A stretch of 64,000 nt of DNA from Erysipelotrichaceae bacterium (GTDB taxonomy: Bacteria; Bacillota_I; Bacilli_A; Erysipelotrichales; Erysipelotrichaceae). The stretch is from contig JAAYSZ010000033.1 in the NCBI GenBank assembly GCA_012523895.1, positions 59,389 to 123,388 of the forward strand, in the 5' to 3' direction. The notes below the pieces were generated by a model. That model made no database searches and had not been told where the DNA came from. It saw only the letters and a program-made list of their open reading frames with translations. A program made the translations under genes and the position numbers. Below are positions 25,373 through 36,185 of this stretch, piece after piece; within the stretch, counting starts at the first letter, position 1, and every line of letters starts with the position of its first letter.

Positions 25373-26374
25373 GTGGCTTTTAAGATTGGTGAAGTTGAAA
25401 TAAAAAATCCTGTAGTAATCGCTCCTATGGCTGGAGTTAGTAATAGTGCATTTAGAACTATTTGTTTTGAATTTGGGGCAGGACTTGTTTATTCTGAAAT
25501 GATTAGTGATAAGGCTATTCATTATAGAAGTAAGAAAACATTAAAAATGATTAGGATGTTTGAAAATGAACATCCTTTAAGTATGCAAATATTTGGGTCT
25601 TCAAAATCTACTATGGTTGAAGCCGCAAAATATATTGAAGCTAATACGGACTGTGACATTATTGATATTAATATGGGATGTCCTGTCACAAAGATAATTA
25701 AATCAAATGCAGGAAGTGCTTTAATGAAGGATATTGATAAGGCGGTTGATATTGCAAAAAGTGTTGTAGAAGCTGTTAATTTACCAGTGACTGTAAAAAT
25801 GAGGCTTGGTTGGACTAAGGAAACTATAAATTGTGTAGAATTATCTAAAAAACTTGAAGAAGTTGGTGTTAAGGCAATTGCAGTTCATGGTCGAACCAAG
25901 GGTCAAATGTATGAAGGAGAACCTGATTTTTCTTGGGTAAAAAAAGTTAAGGAATCAGTTAGTATTCCAGTACTTGCAAATGGGAATATCAATAGTGTTG
26001 AAAAGGCTAAAGAGGTTATAGGGTATACAGGGTGTGATGGAGTTATGATTGGTAGAGCCGCAATTGGTGATCCATTTTTTATAAAAGAGTTAGTTTCTTA
26101 TTATAATAATGAAGAAGTTAAAAAAGTTACTTATGATGAAAGAATAAATATGGCAATATCTCATGCAAAAAGGCTTAGTGATTTAATTGGTGAAAACTAT
26201 GCGATGAAACAGATGAGAGGTTTAGCTAGTTGGTATATTACTGGTATGCCTTATAGTGCAAGGATAAAAAATCAAACTAGTCGTTTAAATACATTAGATG
26301 ATTTAAAAAAATTATATTTTGGATACTTAAGTGATATTAAAAAATATGAAAGAGAATATTCAAAAGAAGTTTAA
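25373..26374 (+). CDS. dusB: tRNA-dihydrouridine synthase B
   Basis: VIAPMAGVSN, INMGCP catalytic Cys, HGRT. I prefer GTG 25373, 7 nt after GGAG, over the track TTG at 25358. Confidence 0.9.
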   Translation: MAFKIGEVEIKNPVVIAPMAGVSNSAFRTICFEFGAGLVYSEMISDKAIHYRSKKTLKMIRMFENEHPLSMQIFGSSKSTMVEAAKYIEANTDCDIIDINMGCPVTKIIKSNAGSALMKDIDKAVDIAKSVVEAVNLPVTVKMRLGWTKETINCVELSKKLEEVGVKAIAVHGRTKGQMYEGEPDFSWVKKVKESVSIPVLANGNINSVEKAKEVIGYTGCDGVMIGRAAIGDPFFIKELVSYYNNEEVKKVTYDERINMAISHAKRLSDLIGENYAMKQMRGLASWYITGMPYSARIKNQTSRLNTLDDLKKLYFGYLSDIKKYEREYSKEV

Positions 26375-26432
26375 TACTTCTTTTTAGGTGTTAAGAAATA
26401 AATACAAATATTTAAATAAGGTAGTTTATATG

Positions 26433-26472
26433 TTGCCCCATCTAAAGAAATAAATGTATAATTTCTTTAGAT
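26433..26472 (+). promoter_or_regulatory. TA-operon promoter with a 12-bp perfect inverted-repeat operator
   Basis: TTGCCC, an 18-nt spacer, then TATAAT (26457-26462). ATCTAAAGAAAT (26440-26451) and ATTTCTTTAGAT (26461-26472) straddle the -10 element. Confidence 0.55.
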
Positions 26473-26487
26473 AAAAGGAGGTGTGTT

Positions 26488-26760
26488 ATGCCTGTAATTA
26501 AATCAAGCACTGATCTTCGTAACAATTATAATGAAATATCTAATTTTTGTAATGAGACAGATGAAACAGTTTTTATAACAAAAAATGGTAGAGGCGATTT
26601 AGCTGTGATGAGCATTGAGACTTATGAACGTCTTGTTGGGAAAAACGAACTTTACTTACTTCTTGAAGAAAGTGAAAAATATATTGGCAAAGGAGAAAAA
26701 AAGCCTTTAAAAGATGTAATTTCTACTTTAAGAAAAGAGATAAAACATAAAAAAATATAA
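26488..26760 (+). CDS. type II antitoxin, Phd/YefM family
   Basis: MPVIKSSTDLRNNYNEISNFCNETDETVFITKNGRGDLAVMSIETYE is the classic Phd/YefM N-domain. AGGAGG RBS. Confidence 0.85.
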   Translation: MPVIKSSTDLRNNYNEISNFCNETDETVFITKNGRGDLAVMSIETYERLVGKNELYLLLEESEKYIGKGEKKPLKDVISTLRKEIKHKKI

Positions 26761-27061
26761 TATATATGTTTCTTATCTTGCGGAAAAAGATTTAGAAGAG
26801 ATAGTTTTATATATTCAAAATAAACTCTATGCACCAAAAGTAGCGCTAGAGTTTTTAGATGGATTTGAATTATTTATTGAAAACTTAAGTGTTATGCCTT
26901 TTAAAAACCCATTAGTTAAGGATAAAAGATTAGCTTTAAAAGGATATAGATATTATATTTTTAATAATTATTTGGTTTTTTATACTATAAATGAAAAAGA
27001 GTTATGTGTAGATATACATAGAATTCTTTACTCAAGAAGAAATTGGATGTATATGCTATGA
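26747..27061 (+). pseudogene. ParE/RelE-family toxin ORF lacking a canonical start codon (ATA where ATG is expected)
   Basis: Open frame (I)KKYNIYVSYLAEKDLEEIVLYIQNKLYAPKVALEFLDGFELFIENLSVMPFKNPLV...YRYYIFNNYLVFYTINEKELCVDIHRILYSRRNW, with its stop at 27059-27061. There is no ATG, GTG or TTG between the upstream in-frame stop (26741-26743) and the conserved N-terminus. The ORF is absent from the ORF track for that reason. Confidence 0.6.
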
Positions 27062-27077
27062 ATTAATGCTTGGTTTG

Positions 27078-27106
27078 TTGTATTTTATTTTTTCAAATGT
27101 TATACT
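27078..27106 (+). promoter_or_regulatory. promoter of the lysS leader
   Basis: TTGTAT, a 17-nt spacer, then TGtTATACT (extended -10). Confidence 0.5.
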
Positions 27107-27111
27107 TGCAG

Positions 27112-28833
<1,722 letters not shown>

Positions 28834-28856
28834 TAAATTAAAATATATTAAATATA

Positions 28857-28894
28857 ATCTAAACTTATCAAATTCGATGAGTTTAGATTTTTTA
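28857..28894 (+). terminator. rho-independent terminator
   Basis: ATCTAAACT pairs with AGTTTAGAT around a 14-nt loop, followed by TTTTTT. Confidence 0.6.
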
Positions 28895-29060
28895 ATAGTT
28901 CAAATTAGTGAAACAATCTTTTAGATAATATTAAATATATATTGTAAAACTGAAAAGATAGATAATTATGGTGTGAAAATTGGGTTATCAATTACTTAAA
29001 AAAATTGTTATTTAAATAAACATAAGTTAATATTAAGACATCTAAAGGAGGTGACTTATC

Positions 29061-30620
29061 ATGTTTAAAAGACTTAAAGAAATTAACATTGATAAGATGG
29101 AAAACAAAATACTTTTAGGTCAAGTAATTATATGGTTTATACTTGTTTCATTTAAAGATATAATTCCAAGCTATTTAAATACATATATTTACTGGGGAAT
29201 TTTTATGCTTGCGACACATATTTGTATGAAAAATAAAAAAGCTCTTATTCCTATCGGTATCTATTTAATTTTTGCATTTCTAACTGAACCGTTTATAGAT
29301 TCTTCTTATTTAAGAGAATTAATTAATAGAACTACAGGAATTCTAATAGGATCTTTAAGTATACTTTATTTTTTCAAAGATTCTGAAAGACAAGTGCCTA
29401 TACAAGTTGAAAGATTAGCCACATATATGATGGCATTTCTATATTTTGGTGTGGTTTTTGGGGCTCTTTATGGTATTTTAGAGCTTATTGATTATTTGTT
29501 TTCTGTAGATATTATGTATAATGATTTTACTGAAAATATTATACTTGGGATAGCATCTTCTATAGGTATTTTCATATTATTTTATAAAAGAGATAATGAA
29601 GAAGAAGGAATAGAACTTTATAAAGAAAGTGGAAAGACAAATCTTTATGGAACATTAGTTCTTAAGGTACTTCCTCCTATTTTAATTGTATTTAATATTT
29701 TGGGAATCATAGCAACTACTAAAGGTATTATTTTTGCACTTTCAAATTCGCCTTCTTATAATTCGATTGAATATGTAATATCTATTAGTTTGTTTAGTCT
29801 TAATCATATAGTTGCTTTTTATAAAGCGGATAGAACCCAAAATTATTTTAGATATGCAAATTTTTATTACATTTTATATGTAGCTATAATAGCTTATAAA
29901 GAATTAACGCATTTTCAAATATATCCTTTTTTCTTAATCGTATGGTTTGCAGGTATAACTGCATATCTTAACTTTGTAAGTATTAAGGAAAATTCTTATA
30001 GAAGTATACCCAAATTACTAATTATTTTTGCGACGATTTCTTTTATACCTTTTATAGGTGTTGCTTCTAACGATTATTTCAATTATCTTACAGAAAAAAA
30101 TAAACCATATGATGAAACATGGGGGATAATTAATGAAACTCCATCTACATTTAGAGAATATATGTATAAAAAGATAAATGATGGTTACAATAAAGCTCCT
30201 TATAAGTATTATATTGATAACAAGAATAATAAAAATTATTCAACTGAATATAATATGTATAAATCAATATATTTTTCAGCAGGGTATATTTTTTCAGAAG
30301 ATAAATATGACTATGATGTATCTAAATTTAACACATTATCACCTTTTGATACGCATAGCATGGAGTGGGGAATGGATTACAAATTAAAGAACTTTACTAT
30401 AAAAACGAAAAATAATGAATTAATTATTCAAGATGGTAATACTACTATTTGGTCTATCAATATAGAAACAATGGATAGTCAAGAATTATATTCGCAGGCT
30501 GAAGATAAACATTATATAGAAATTAGAACAGATTCTGGTATCATACTTATCTCTGAATTATCTATAAATTCTTATGATAAAATATTGCGTTGGTCAATTA
30601 AGGGACTTATTATTAATTAG
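29061..30620 (+). CDS. polytopic membrane protein with a C-terminal extracytoplasmic domain, unknown function
   Basis: About 10 hydrophobic segments in the first ~340 aa, then a ~180-aa soluble N/Y/K-rich domain. AGGAGGTG RBS. Confidence 0.6.
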   Translation: MFKRLKEINIDKMENKILLGQVIIWFILVSFKDIIPSYLNTYIYWGIFMLATHICMKNKKALIPIGIYLIFAFLTEPFIDSSYLRELINRTTGILIGSLSILYFFKDSERQVPIQVERLATYMMAFLYFGVVFGALYGILELIDYLFSVDIMYNDFTENIILGIASSIGIFILFYKRDNEEEGIELYKESGKTNLYGTLVLKVLPPILIVFNILGIIATTKGIIFALSNSPSYNSIEYVISISLFSLNHIVAFYKADRTQNYFRYANFYYILYVAIIAYKELTHFQIYPFFLIVWFAGITAYLNFVSIKENSYRSIPKLLIIFATISFIPFIGVASNDYFNYLTEKNKPYDETWGIINETPSTFREYMYKKINDGYNKAPYKYYIDNKNNKNYSTEYNMYKSIYFSAGYIFSEDKYDYDVSKFNTLSPFDTHSMEWGMDYKLKNFTIKTKNNELIIQDGNTTIWSINIETMDSQELYSQAEDKHYIEIRTDSGIILISELSINSYDKILRWSIKGLIIN

Positions 30621-30686
30621 ATTTAAATAAAGGATTAAGTACTTAATTACTTATAAATGTTATAATTTTTCTTAGTTAGGTTAAAT

Positions 30687-31826
30687 ATGAAGAAATTAAT
30701 AGTTTTAGTTATATTAATATTTTTATTTGGTTGTAATAGTGTAGATAAGGAAAAAGTATTTGACGAGTATAATAATGCTTATAATTCTTTTAACAGTATT
30801 CAATCTTTTAATGTTTCTATGGATAGTAAATATAATATTTCAAGAAAATTAAATAAAGATAGTAAAGATGTTTTAGAAATCATTAAGCATAGTGTATTAG
30901 GAGACTTAAGTAAAGAAGGTAATAATTATAGTTCTTATTATTTATCTAGTTTAGATAATATTAAGACATGGTATATTGATAAAGTTGTTTATATGGATAA
31001 TGGAGGATTTAAAATATCTTATAAAGATAATCTTCAAAATTATTTCAATCAAACAAAATTATATTATTCAATAATTCCAATTGAATTATTAAAAGAAGAT
31101 ATTAAAGAGATAAAAAAATCATCAATTATTGATGGCTTTTCTTATGAATTTGTTTTAAAAAAATCAGGATCATTGAAACTTGTAAAATCAAGTGTATTTA
31201 ATAATATAGGTTATGATTATGAATTGTTTAAGATAGAGGATATTAATTCTAGTTATATTGTTGATATTGTAAATGGAAATATTGAAAGAATTAATATTAT
31301 TGGTAATTTAAGTGGTGAATTTATTAATGAATATATGTGTATAGATTTTTCTAGTGATATTAAATATAGAAATATTAATTCTACTATAATTAATATTCCT
31401 GATGGTTTAGAAGAGTTTAGCGTAAGTGATGCTAGTACAAGTATTTATAGTATTAAAAATTTAGAAGATTACAAACATTATTTATTAAAAGTAGGATATT
31501 CTAAAATTGATGATTACACTTATAGTATTAAATTAAATGATAATGCAAAATATATTTATGATTTTGAAAATAAAATATATTCTTATGTCTATAACAATAG
31601 TACGTATGTATATGATTGGAATAAAGATTATGGATACAACAATACTTATGAAATAAATGATGATAATGAATACATCAATTTATGTGTTTATGATTTTAAA
31701 AGTGATTCTGTTTTAGAAGGACAGTGTAACAACTCTCAGATATTTTATTTGAAAGTAAATAAAAATAGTTTTATGTATGATATAAATAATTCAAATATTA
31801 TTGATTATAGTGTTTTTGATAAATAA
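30687..31826 (+). CDS. lipoprotein, unknown function (paralogue 1)
   Basis: LFGC lipobox. Collinear with the next gene. Confidence 0.65.
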   Translation: MKKLIVLVILIFLFGCNSVDKEKVFDEYNNAYNSFNSIQSFNVSMDSKYNISRKLNKDSKDVLEIIKHSVLGDLSKEGNNYSSYYLSSLDNIKTWYIDKVVYMDNGGFKISYKDNLQNYFNQTKLYYSIIPIELLKEDIKEIKKSSIIDGFSYEFVLKKSGSLKLVKSSVFNNIGYDYELFKIEDINSSYIVDIVNGNIERINIIGNLSGEFINEYMCIDFSSDIKYRNINSTIINIPDGLEEFSVSDASTSIYSIKNLEDYKHYLLKVGYSKIDDYTYSIKLNDNAKYIYDFENKIYSYVYNNSTYVYDWNKDYGYNNTYEINDDNEYINLCVYDFKSDSVLEGQCNNSQIFYLKVNKNSFMYDINNSNIIDYSVFDK

Positions 31827-31844
31827 TCATAAGGGAGATATTAT

Positions 31845-32942
31845 ATGAAAAAATTATTAGTTTTAGTTTTATTGTTAGTTTTAGTTGGTTGTGGGTCAAA
31901 TAATTCATTGACAAAAAATGTCCTTGAAGAATATCAAGGAGCATATCAAAAATTTAATGAATTAGAATCTTATAGTTCTGAAGTATCAAATGAATTGGTT
32001 GTAAATACATTTGATGAAAAAGGTAAAATTAATGTTTTTATATCTACTATTGATGGTAAGTTTGTTTTCACAAAATTTGATGCATATAGTAAATTTGTTA
32101 TGGAACCACAGCATCTTAATATGGAATCTTGGTTTAGTGATGGTAAACAATTCTTAGATGTAAATGGAGATAGATATGCTTATAATTTAACTTATCAAGA
32201 ATATCTTGATCAAATATATATTTATACACAATTAAAGCCAATAGATTTAATTGATAAAGATATTGAATCTGTTTTAAATGAAAGTAATGCATATAATTTT
32301 AAGTTAACTGAAGCAGGTGCTAATAAATTATATGAATCAAACGATATATTTTTTGATGCTGTAATGTCTGAATCTTTTATAAAAGAAAGTGTTAAAGTTG
32401 ATAAATATAAAGTTACAATTGAAGGTGGAAACATTGTAAAATTAGAAGTTTTTGCGATTGTTAATGGAAAACTAAATGATGAAGATTATGAAATTGAATA
32501 TAGCGAAACTATTGATTATTATGATTTAAATACTGCACAAGTTAAAGATGTACCTAATGAAGATGATTTTATAACTATTAAAATGGATCCACCAGTTACT
32601 GATGGTATTGTAGTTACAAATTTAAATGAATTTAAAGATTATTTAACCTCTATAGGATTTGTGACTAGTGATGATGATATATATACACTAGCTTTGGAAG
32701 ATGTAAGCTACAGTTATAAATTTTCTACACAAACGCATTTTATGGTTTATCAAAATGTAATATATGAATATTATTGGGATACTGATACAGGAAGAGTAAA
32801 TGATTGTGTTGCGGATTTTAAATTAGAAGTATTAAGTGAGTCATGTACTACTGAAGATTTTACCAACATTGAAAATGCAAGAAAGAGTTTCTTTTATGAT
32901 ATAGATTATTTAGGTATAACTGATTATTCAATTCTAAAATAA
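31845..32942 (+). CDS. lipoprotein, unknown function (paralogue 2)
   Basis: LVGC lipobox. Blocks shared with paralogue 1: NLEDYKHYLLKVGY/NLNEFKDYLTSIGF, YVYDWNKDYG/YEYYWDTDTG, CVYDFKSDSVLEGQC/CVADFKLEVLSESC. Confidence 0.65.
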   Translation: MKKLLVLVLLLVLVGCGSNNSLTKNVLEEYQGAYQKFNELESYSSEVSNELVVNTFDEKGKINVFISTIDGKFVFTKFDAYSKFVMEPQHLNMESWFSDGKQFLDVNGDRYAYNLTYQEYLDQIYIYTQLKPIDLIDKDIESVLNESNAYNFKLTEAGANKLYESNDIFFDAVMSESFIKESVKVDKYKVTIEGGNIVKLEVFAIVNGKLNDEDYEIEYSETIDYYDLNTAQVKDVPNEDDFITIKMDPPVTDGIVVTNLNEFKDYLTSIGFVTSDDDIYTLALEDVSYSYKFSTQTHFMVYQNVIYEYYWDTDTGRVNDCVADFKLEVLSESCTTEDFTNIENARKSFFYDIDYLGITDYSILK

Positions 32943-33590
32943 ATCTGAAAGATTGTTATAATTTGTAACAATCTTTTTTAATGGAAATTCTTTATATCTA
33001 TTTAATAAATTTTCATTATATATAGCAATTACATCTTTAACACCAGCTTCATAAGCACCTTTAATGCCTGTAATTGAATCTTCAAATATTAAAGTTTCTT
33101 CTGGGATAAAGTTCATTACTTTTAATGATTCTTTGTACATTTGTCCTTTGTTATTAAATCTGCCATCATCATAAACTATAGTACTTACATCAAAAAAAGA
33201 ATCTAATTTAAAAGTTTTTATAAAAAAATCAATATTTTCTTTTATAGATGCACTTGATATAGTAAAAGGAATATTTTTGTTAATTAAAAAGTTAAAGAAA
33301 TCTGTAGCGCCATCAATTAGTTTTGCACCACCTTCAATTTCTTTTACAATGTCTCTATATATAGCTTCTTTTCTTGATGATTGATATATTAACTCTTCTT
33401 TTGAAAGAGAGTCCTCAGTAACATATTTAAGAATATTTTCATTTGTATATCCATTTAACTTATGATTCATTTCTTCTATTGTAAGAGGATAGCCTCTAAG
33501 TTCTTTAGATACAATTCCCCAAGCTACTTTATGATATTTTCCATCATCAAATAATGTTCCATTAAAATCAAAAATCACACTTTTTATCAT
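32934..33590 (-). CDS. HAD-superfamily hydrolase (beta-phosphoglucomutase-like, subfamily IA)
   Basis: DxDGT-type motif IFDFNGTLFDD, SSAS, and FEDSITGIKGAYEAG. Confidence 0.8.
   Translation of the reverse strand: MIKSVIFDFNGTLFDDGKYHKVAWGIVSKELRGYPLTIEEMNHKLNGYTNENILKYVTEDSLSKEELIYQSSRKEAIYRDIVKEIEGGAKLIDGATDFFNFLINKNIPFTISSASIKENIDFFIKTFKLDSFFDVSTIVYDDGRFNNKGQMYKESLKVMNFIPEETLIFEDSITGIKGAYEAGVKDVIAIYNENLLNRYKEFPLKKIVTNYNNLSDLF
32951..32979 (+). terminator. rho-independent terminator of the lipoprotein operon, embedded in the 3' end of the convergent HAD gene
   Basis: GATTGTTA pairs with TAACAATC, followed by TTTTTT. Confidence 0.55.
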
Positions 33591-33671
33591 AATTTTTACC
33601 TCATCTAAATTCTATAAAAGATTAAACATTAAAACAAGGTTTGTAGTATAGTTATATAGAGGTATAGAAAA

Positions 33672-34319
33672 ATGAAATATTCAACTATTATTGTGGCCGC
33701 AGGACTTGGTACTAGAATGAATCTAGGTTACAACAAGGCATATTATAAATTTAAAAATAATAAGACTGTTCTTGAAACTACGATGGATAAATTTTTAAAT
33801 GATGAAAGATGTGCACAGGTTATTGTAGTAACTGATATTGATGATTATAGAGATAATATTAAAAAAGATTATAGTGGGAAAATTGTTCTTGCAAGAGGAG
33901 GAAGTTCTAGACAAGAAAGTGTTTTTAATGGATTAAAGGCAGTAAGTGAAGATGTCGTTTTAATTCATGATGGAGCTAGACCTTTTGTAAGTAAGAAGAT
34001 AATTGATGATGTTATAAAGATGATGGAAGATAATGATGCATGTTGTGTGATGATTCCTGTAAAAGATACAATAAAAAAGGTTGTTGATAATAATATAGTT
34101 GAAACTATTGATAGAGATACAGTAAGGTTTGCACAAACACCTCAAGCATTTAAGACTGATTTGATTCTTAAATGTATGAAACAAGCATTTAATGATAACT
34201 ATACTGGTACTGATGATGCTAGTTTAGTTGAAAAATATAGTGATGTATTAGTTAAAGAAGTAACGGGTGATGAAAGCAATTATAAGATTACAACACCTGT
34301 AGATATTGAAAATTTATAG
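33672..34319 (+). CDS. ispD: IspD/TarI-family cytidylyltransferase (2-C-methyl-D-erythritol 4-phosphate or ribitol-5-phosphate cytidylyltransferase)
   Basis: IIVAAGLGTRM, VLIHDGARPF, RFAQTPQAF. Confidence 0.75.
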   Translation: MKYSTIIVAAGLGTRMNLGYNKAYYKFKNNKTVLETTMDKFLNDERCAQVIVVTDIDDYRDNIKKDYSGKIVLARGGSSRQESVFNGLKAVSEDVVLIHDGARPFVSKKIIDDVIKMMEDNDACCVMIPVKDTIKKVVDNNIVETIDRDTVRFAQTPQAFKTDLILKCMKQAFNDNYTGTDDASLVEKYSDVLVKEVTGDESNYKITTPVDIENL

Positions 34320-34363
34320 GATTAATAAAAATATCTTCTATATTTTATAGGAGGTATTTTTTA

Positions 34364-35497
34364 ATGCTTTGTCCTAGATGTTTAAATGAAGATCAAAACT
34401 ATTTTTATTATGGTAGTAAGGGTTATTATTGTAGGAAGTGTATTTCTTTTAAAAGAGTATTACTTGAAGAAGAGTTAAATGTTTCTATTTTAAATGAAAT
34501 TAGAGATGATGCTTATGAATACACCTTAAATTATCCATTAACTGATAAACAAAAAGAAATAAGTGATTTGTGTCTTAAAAACATTGATTATAATGATGTT
34601 TTAATAGAAGCAGTTTGTGGGGCTGGAAAAACAGAGATTGTAATTGAAACAATTTCTTATTATTTAAAATTAAAGAAAAAGGTTTGTTTTGCGATTCCTA
34701 GAAGACAAGTAGTAATAGAAGTGTCCAAAAGATTACAAGAAATATTTAAAAATTCTAAAGTGGTGGCTGTTTGTCAAGGGAGCACAAGTGAAATTGATGG
34801 TGATTTAATAGTCTGTACAACTCATCAAGCTTATAGATACTATAAAATTTTTGATTGTTTAATATTAGATGAACCTGATGCATTTCCTTATAAAGGAAAT
34901 GAAGTATTAAAAAATATAGTAAGAACATCTTGTAAGGGTAATATTATTTATTTAACTGCAACAATAGATAATTATTTAAAGAAAAGAATAAAAGATAAAT
35001 CGATTGTACATTTAAAACTAAATAAAAGACCTCATGGATATGATTTAATAGTTCCAAAAGTTATAATTTGTAGTTTTATTATGATGGTTATTAATTTGAT
35101 TAACTTTTTAAATGAACATGAATATTGTTTGGTGTTTGTACCTACAATAAAAATGTGTGAAAGTTTATACAATTTTTTAAGATTATTTTTTGATTTAGAT
35201 TATTGTCATAGTAAATTAGAAGAAAAAGATTTAATAATAGATAAATTTAAAAATAAAAAAACAAGAATTTTATTATCTACTACAATTCTTGAAAGAGGCG
35301 TGACTATTGAAAACATAAATGTTTGTGTTTTTTATAGTGACCATAATGTGTTTGATTTGGCTTCTTTAATTCAAATGAGTGGAAGGGTTGGAAGAAGCTT
35401 TGATTATCCTTATGGAGATTGTTTGTTTTTAAGTAGTAGTAAAAATGAAAATGTAGATAAATGTATAGATATTTGTAAGAGGGCAAATTATGAGTAG
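34364..35497 (+). CDS. comFA: ComFA-like DEAD/DEAH-box helicase (competence DNA-uptake ATPase)
   Basis: N-terminal Zn finger CPRC...CRKC, Walker A CGAGKTE, DEPD box, helicase C motifs. Followed by comFC. Confidence 0.8.
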   Translation: MLCPRCLNEDQNYFYYGSKGYYCRKCISFKRVLLEEELNVSILNEIRDDAYEYTLNYPLTDKQKEISDLCLKNIDYNDVLIEAVCGAGKTEIVIETISYYLKLKKKVCFAIPRRQVVIEVSKRLQEIFKNSKVVAVCQGSTSEIDGDLIVCTTHQAYRYYKIFDCLILDEPDAFPYKGNEVLKNIVRTSCKGNIIYLTATIDNYLKKRIKDKSIVHLKLNKRPHGYDLIVPKVIICSFIMMVINLINFLNEHEYCLVFVPTIKMCESLYNFLRLFFDLDYCHSKLEEKDLIIDKFKNKKTRILLSTTILERGVTIENINVCVFYSDHNVFDLASLIQMSGRVGRSFDYPYGDCLFLSSSKNENVDKCIDICKRANYE

Positions 35498-36104
35498 ATG
35501 TTTACTTTGTGATAATGATTTATCTTATAAGGCCAATATGTATGAACTTTTTTTTATAGATGATGTAATATGTTTTAGTTGTAGAAACTTGTGGATAAAA
35601 AATAAAAATAAATTTTATATTGAGGGTATTAAAGTTGATAGTAGTTATATTTATGAAGAAAACTTTTCTAGGGCTTTATTACAATATAAAGAATGTTATG
35701 ATGAGGCTTTATATAAGATATTTTTGTATGGATATTTAAATTATTTTAAAATTAAATATTTTAACTATAGCATTATTCCTATGCCTAGTAGTAAGCAAAG
35801 TTTAAATGAAAGAGGCTTTAATCATTTAATTAAAATATTTGAAGAAACAAATATGAAAATTATTAATTGTTTATATAAAAAAGATAATGTTAAACAACTT
35901 GGTTTACATTATAAAGAAAGATTACAAATAAAAGATTCTATAGATATTATTGATATGAAATTACCTAAGAAAGTTGTTTTAGTAGATGATGTTTGTACAA
36001 CAGGATCTACATTAAGAGCAGCTGTTAAATTAATTAAGCCAAAAGTAAAAAAGATAAAAATTTATACAATTTCTACTAATTATAAAAATGTGGGCGATTT
36101 ATGA
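35490..36104 (+). CDS. comFC: ComF-family phosphoribosyltransferase-like protein ComFC
   Basis: CLLCDN...CFSCRN zinc motif and PRTase loop VVLVDDVCTTGSTL. Confidence 0.8.
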   Translation: MSRCLLCDNDLSYKANMYELFFIDDVICFSCRNLWIKNKNKFYIEGIKVDSSYIYEENFSRALLQYKECYDEALYKIFLYGYLNYFKIKYFNYSIIPMPSSKQSLNERGFNHLIKIFEETNMKIINCLYKKDNVKQLGLHYKERLQIKDSIDIIDMKLPKKVVLVDDVCTTGSTLRAAVKLIKPKVKKIKIYTISTNYKNVGDL

Positions 36105-36185
36105 GTAAACTAACACATAATTTACACAACATTTTTGTGTATACTTGTTTTATAATGGTATAATTACACAGTTAATGGAGGTTTT

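Noticed and set aside
26652-26837. A 61-aa minus-strand ORF spanning the antitoxin/toxin junction.
   Set aside because: It is antisense to two recognisable TA reading frames and has no family signature.
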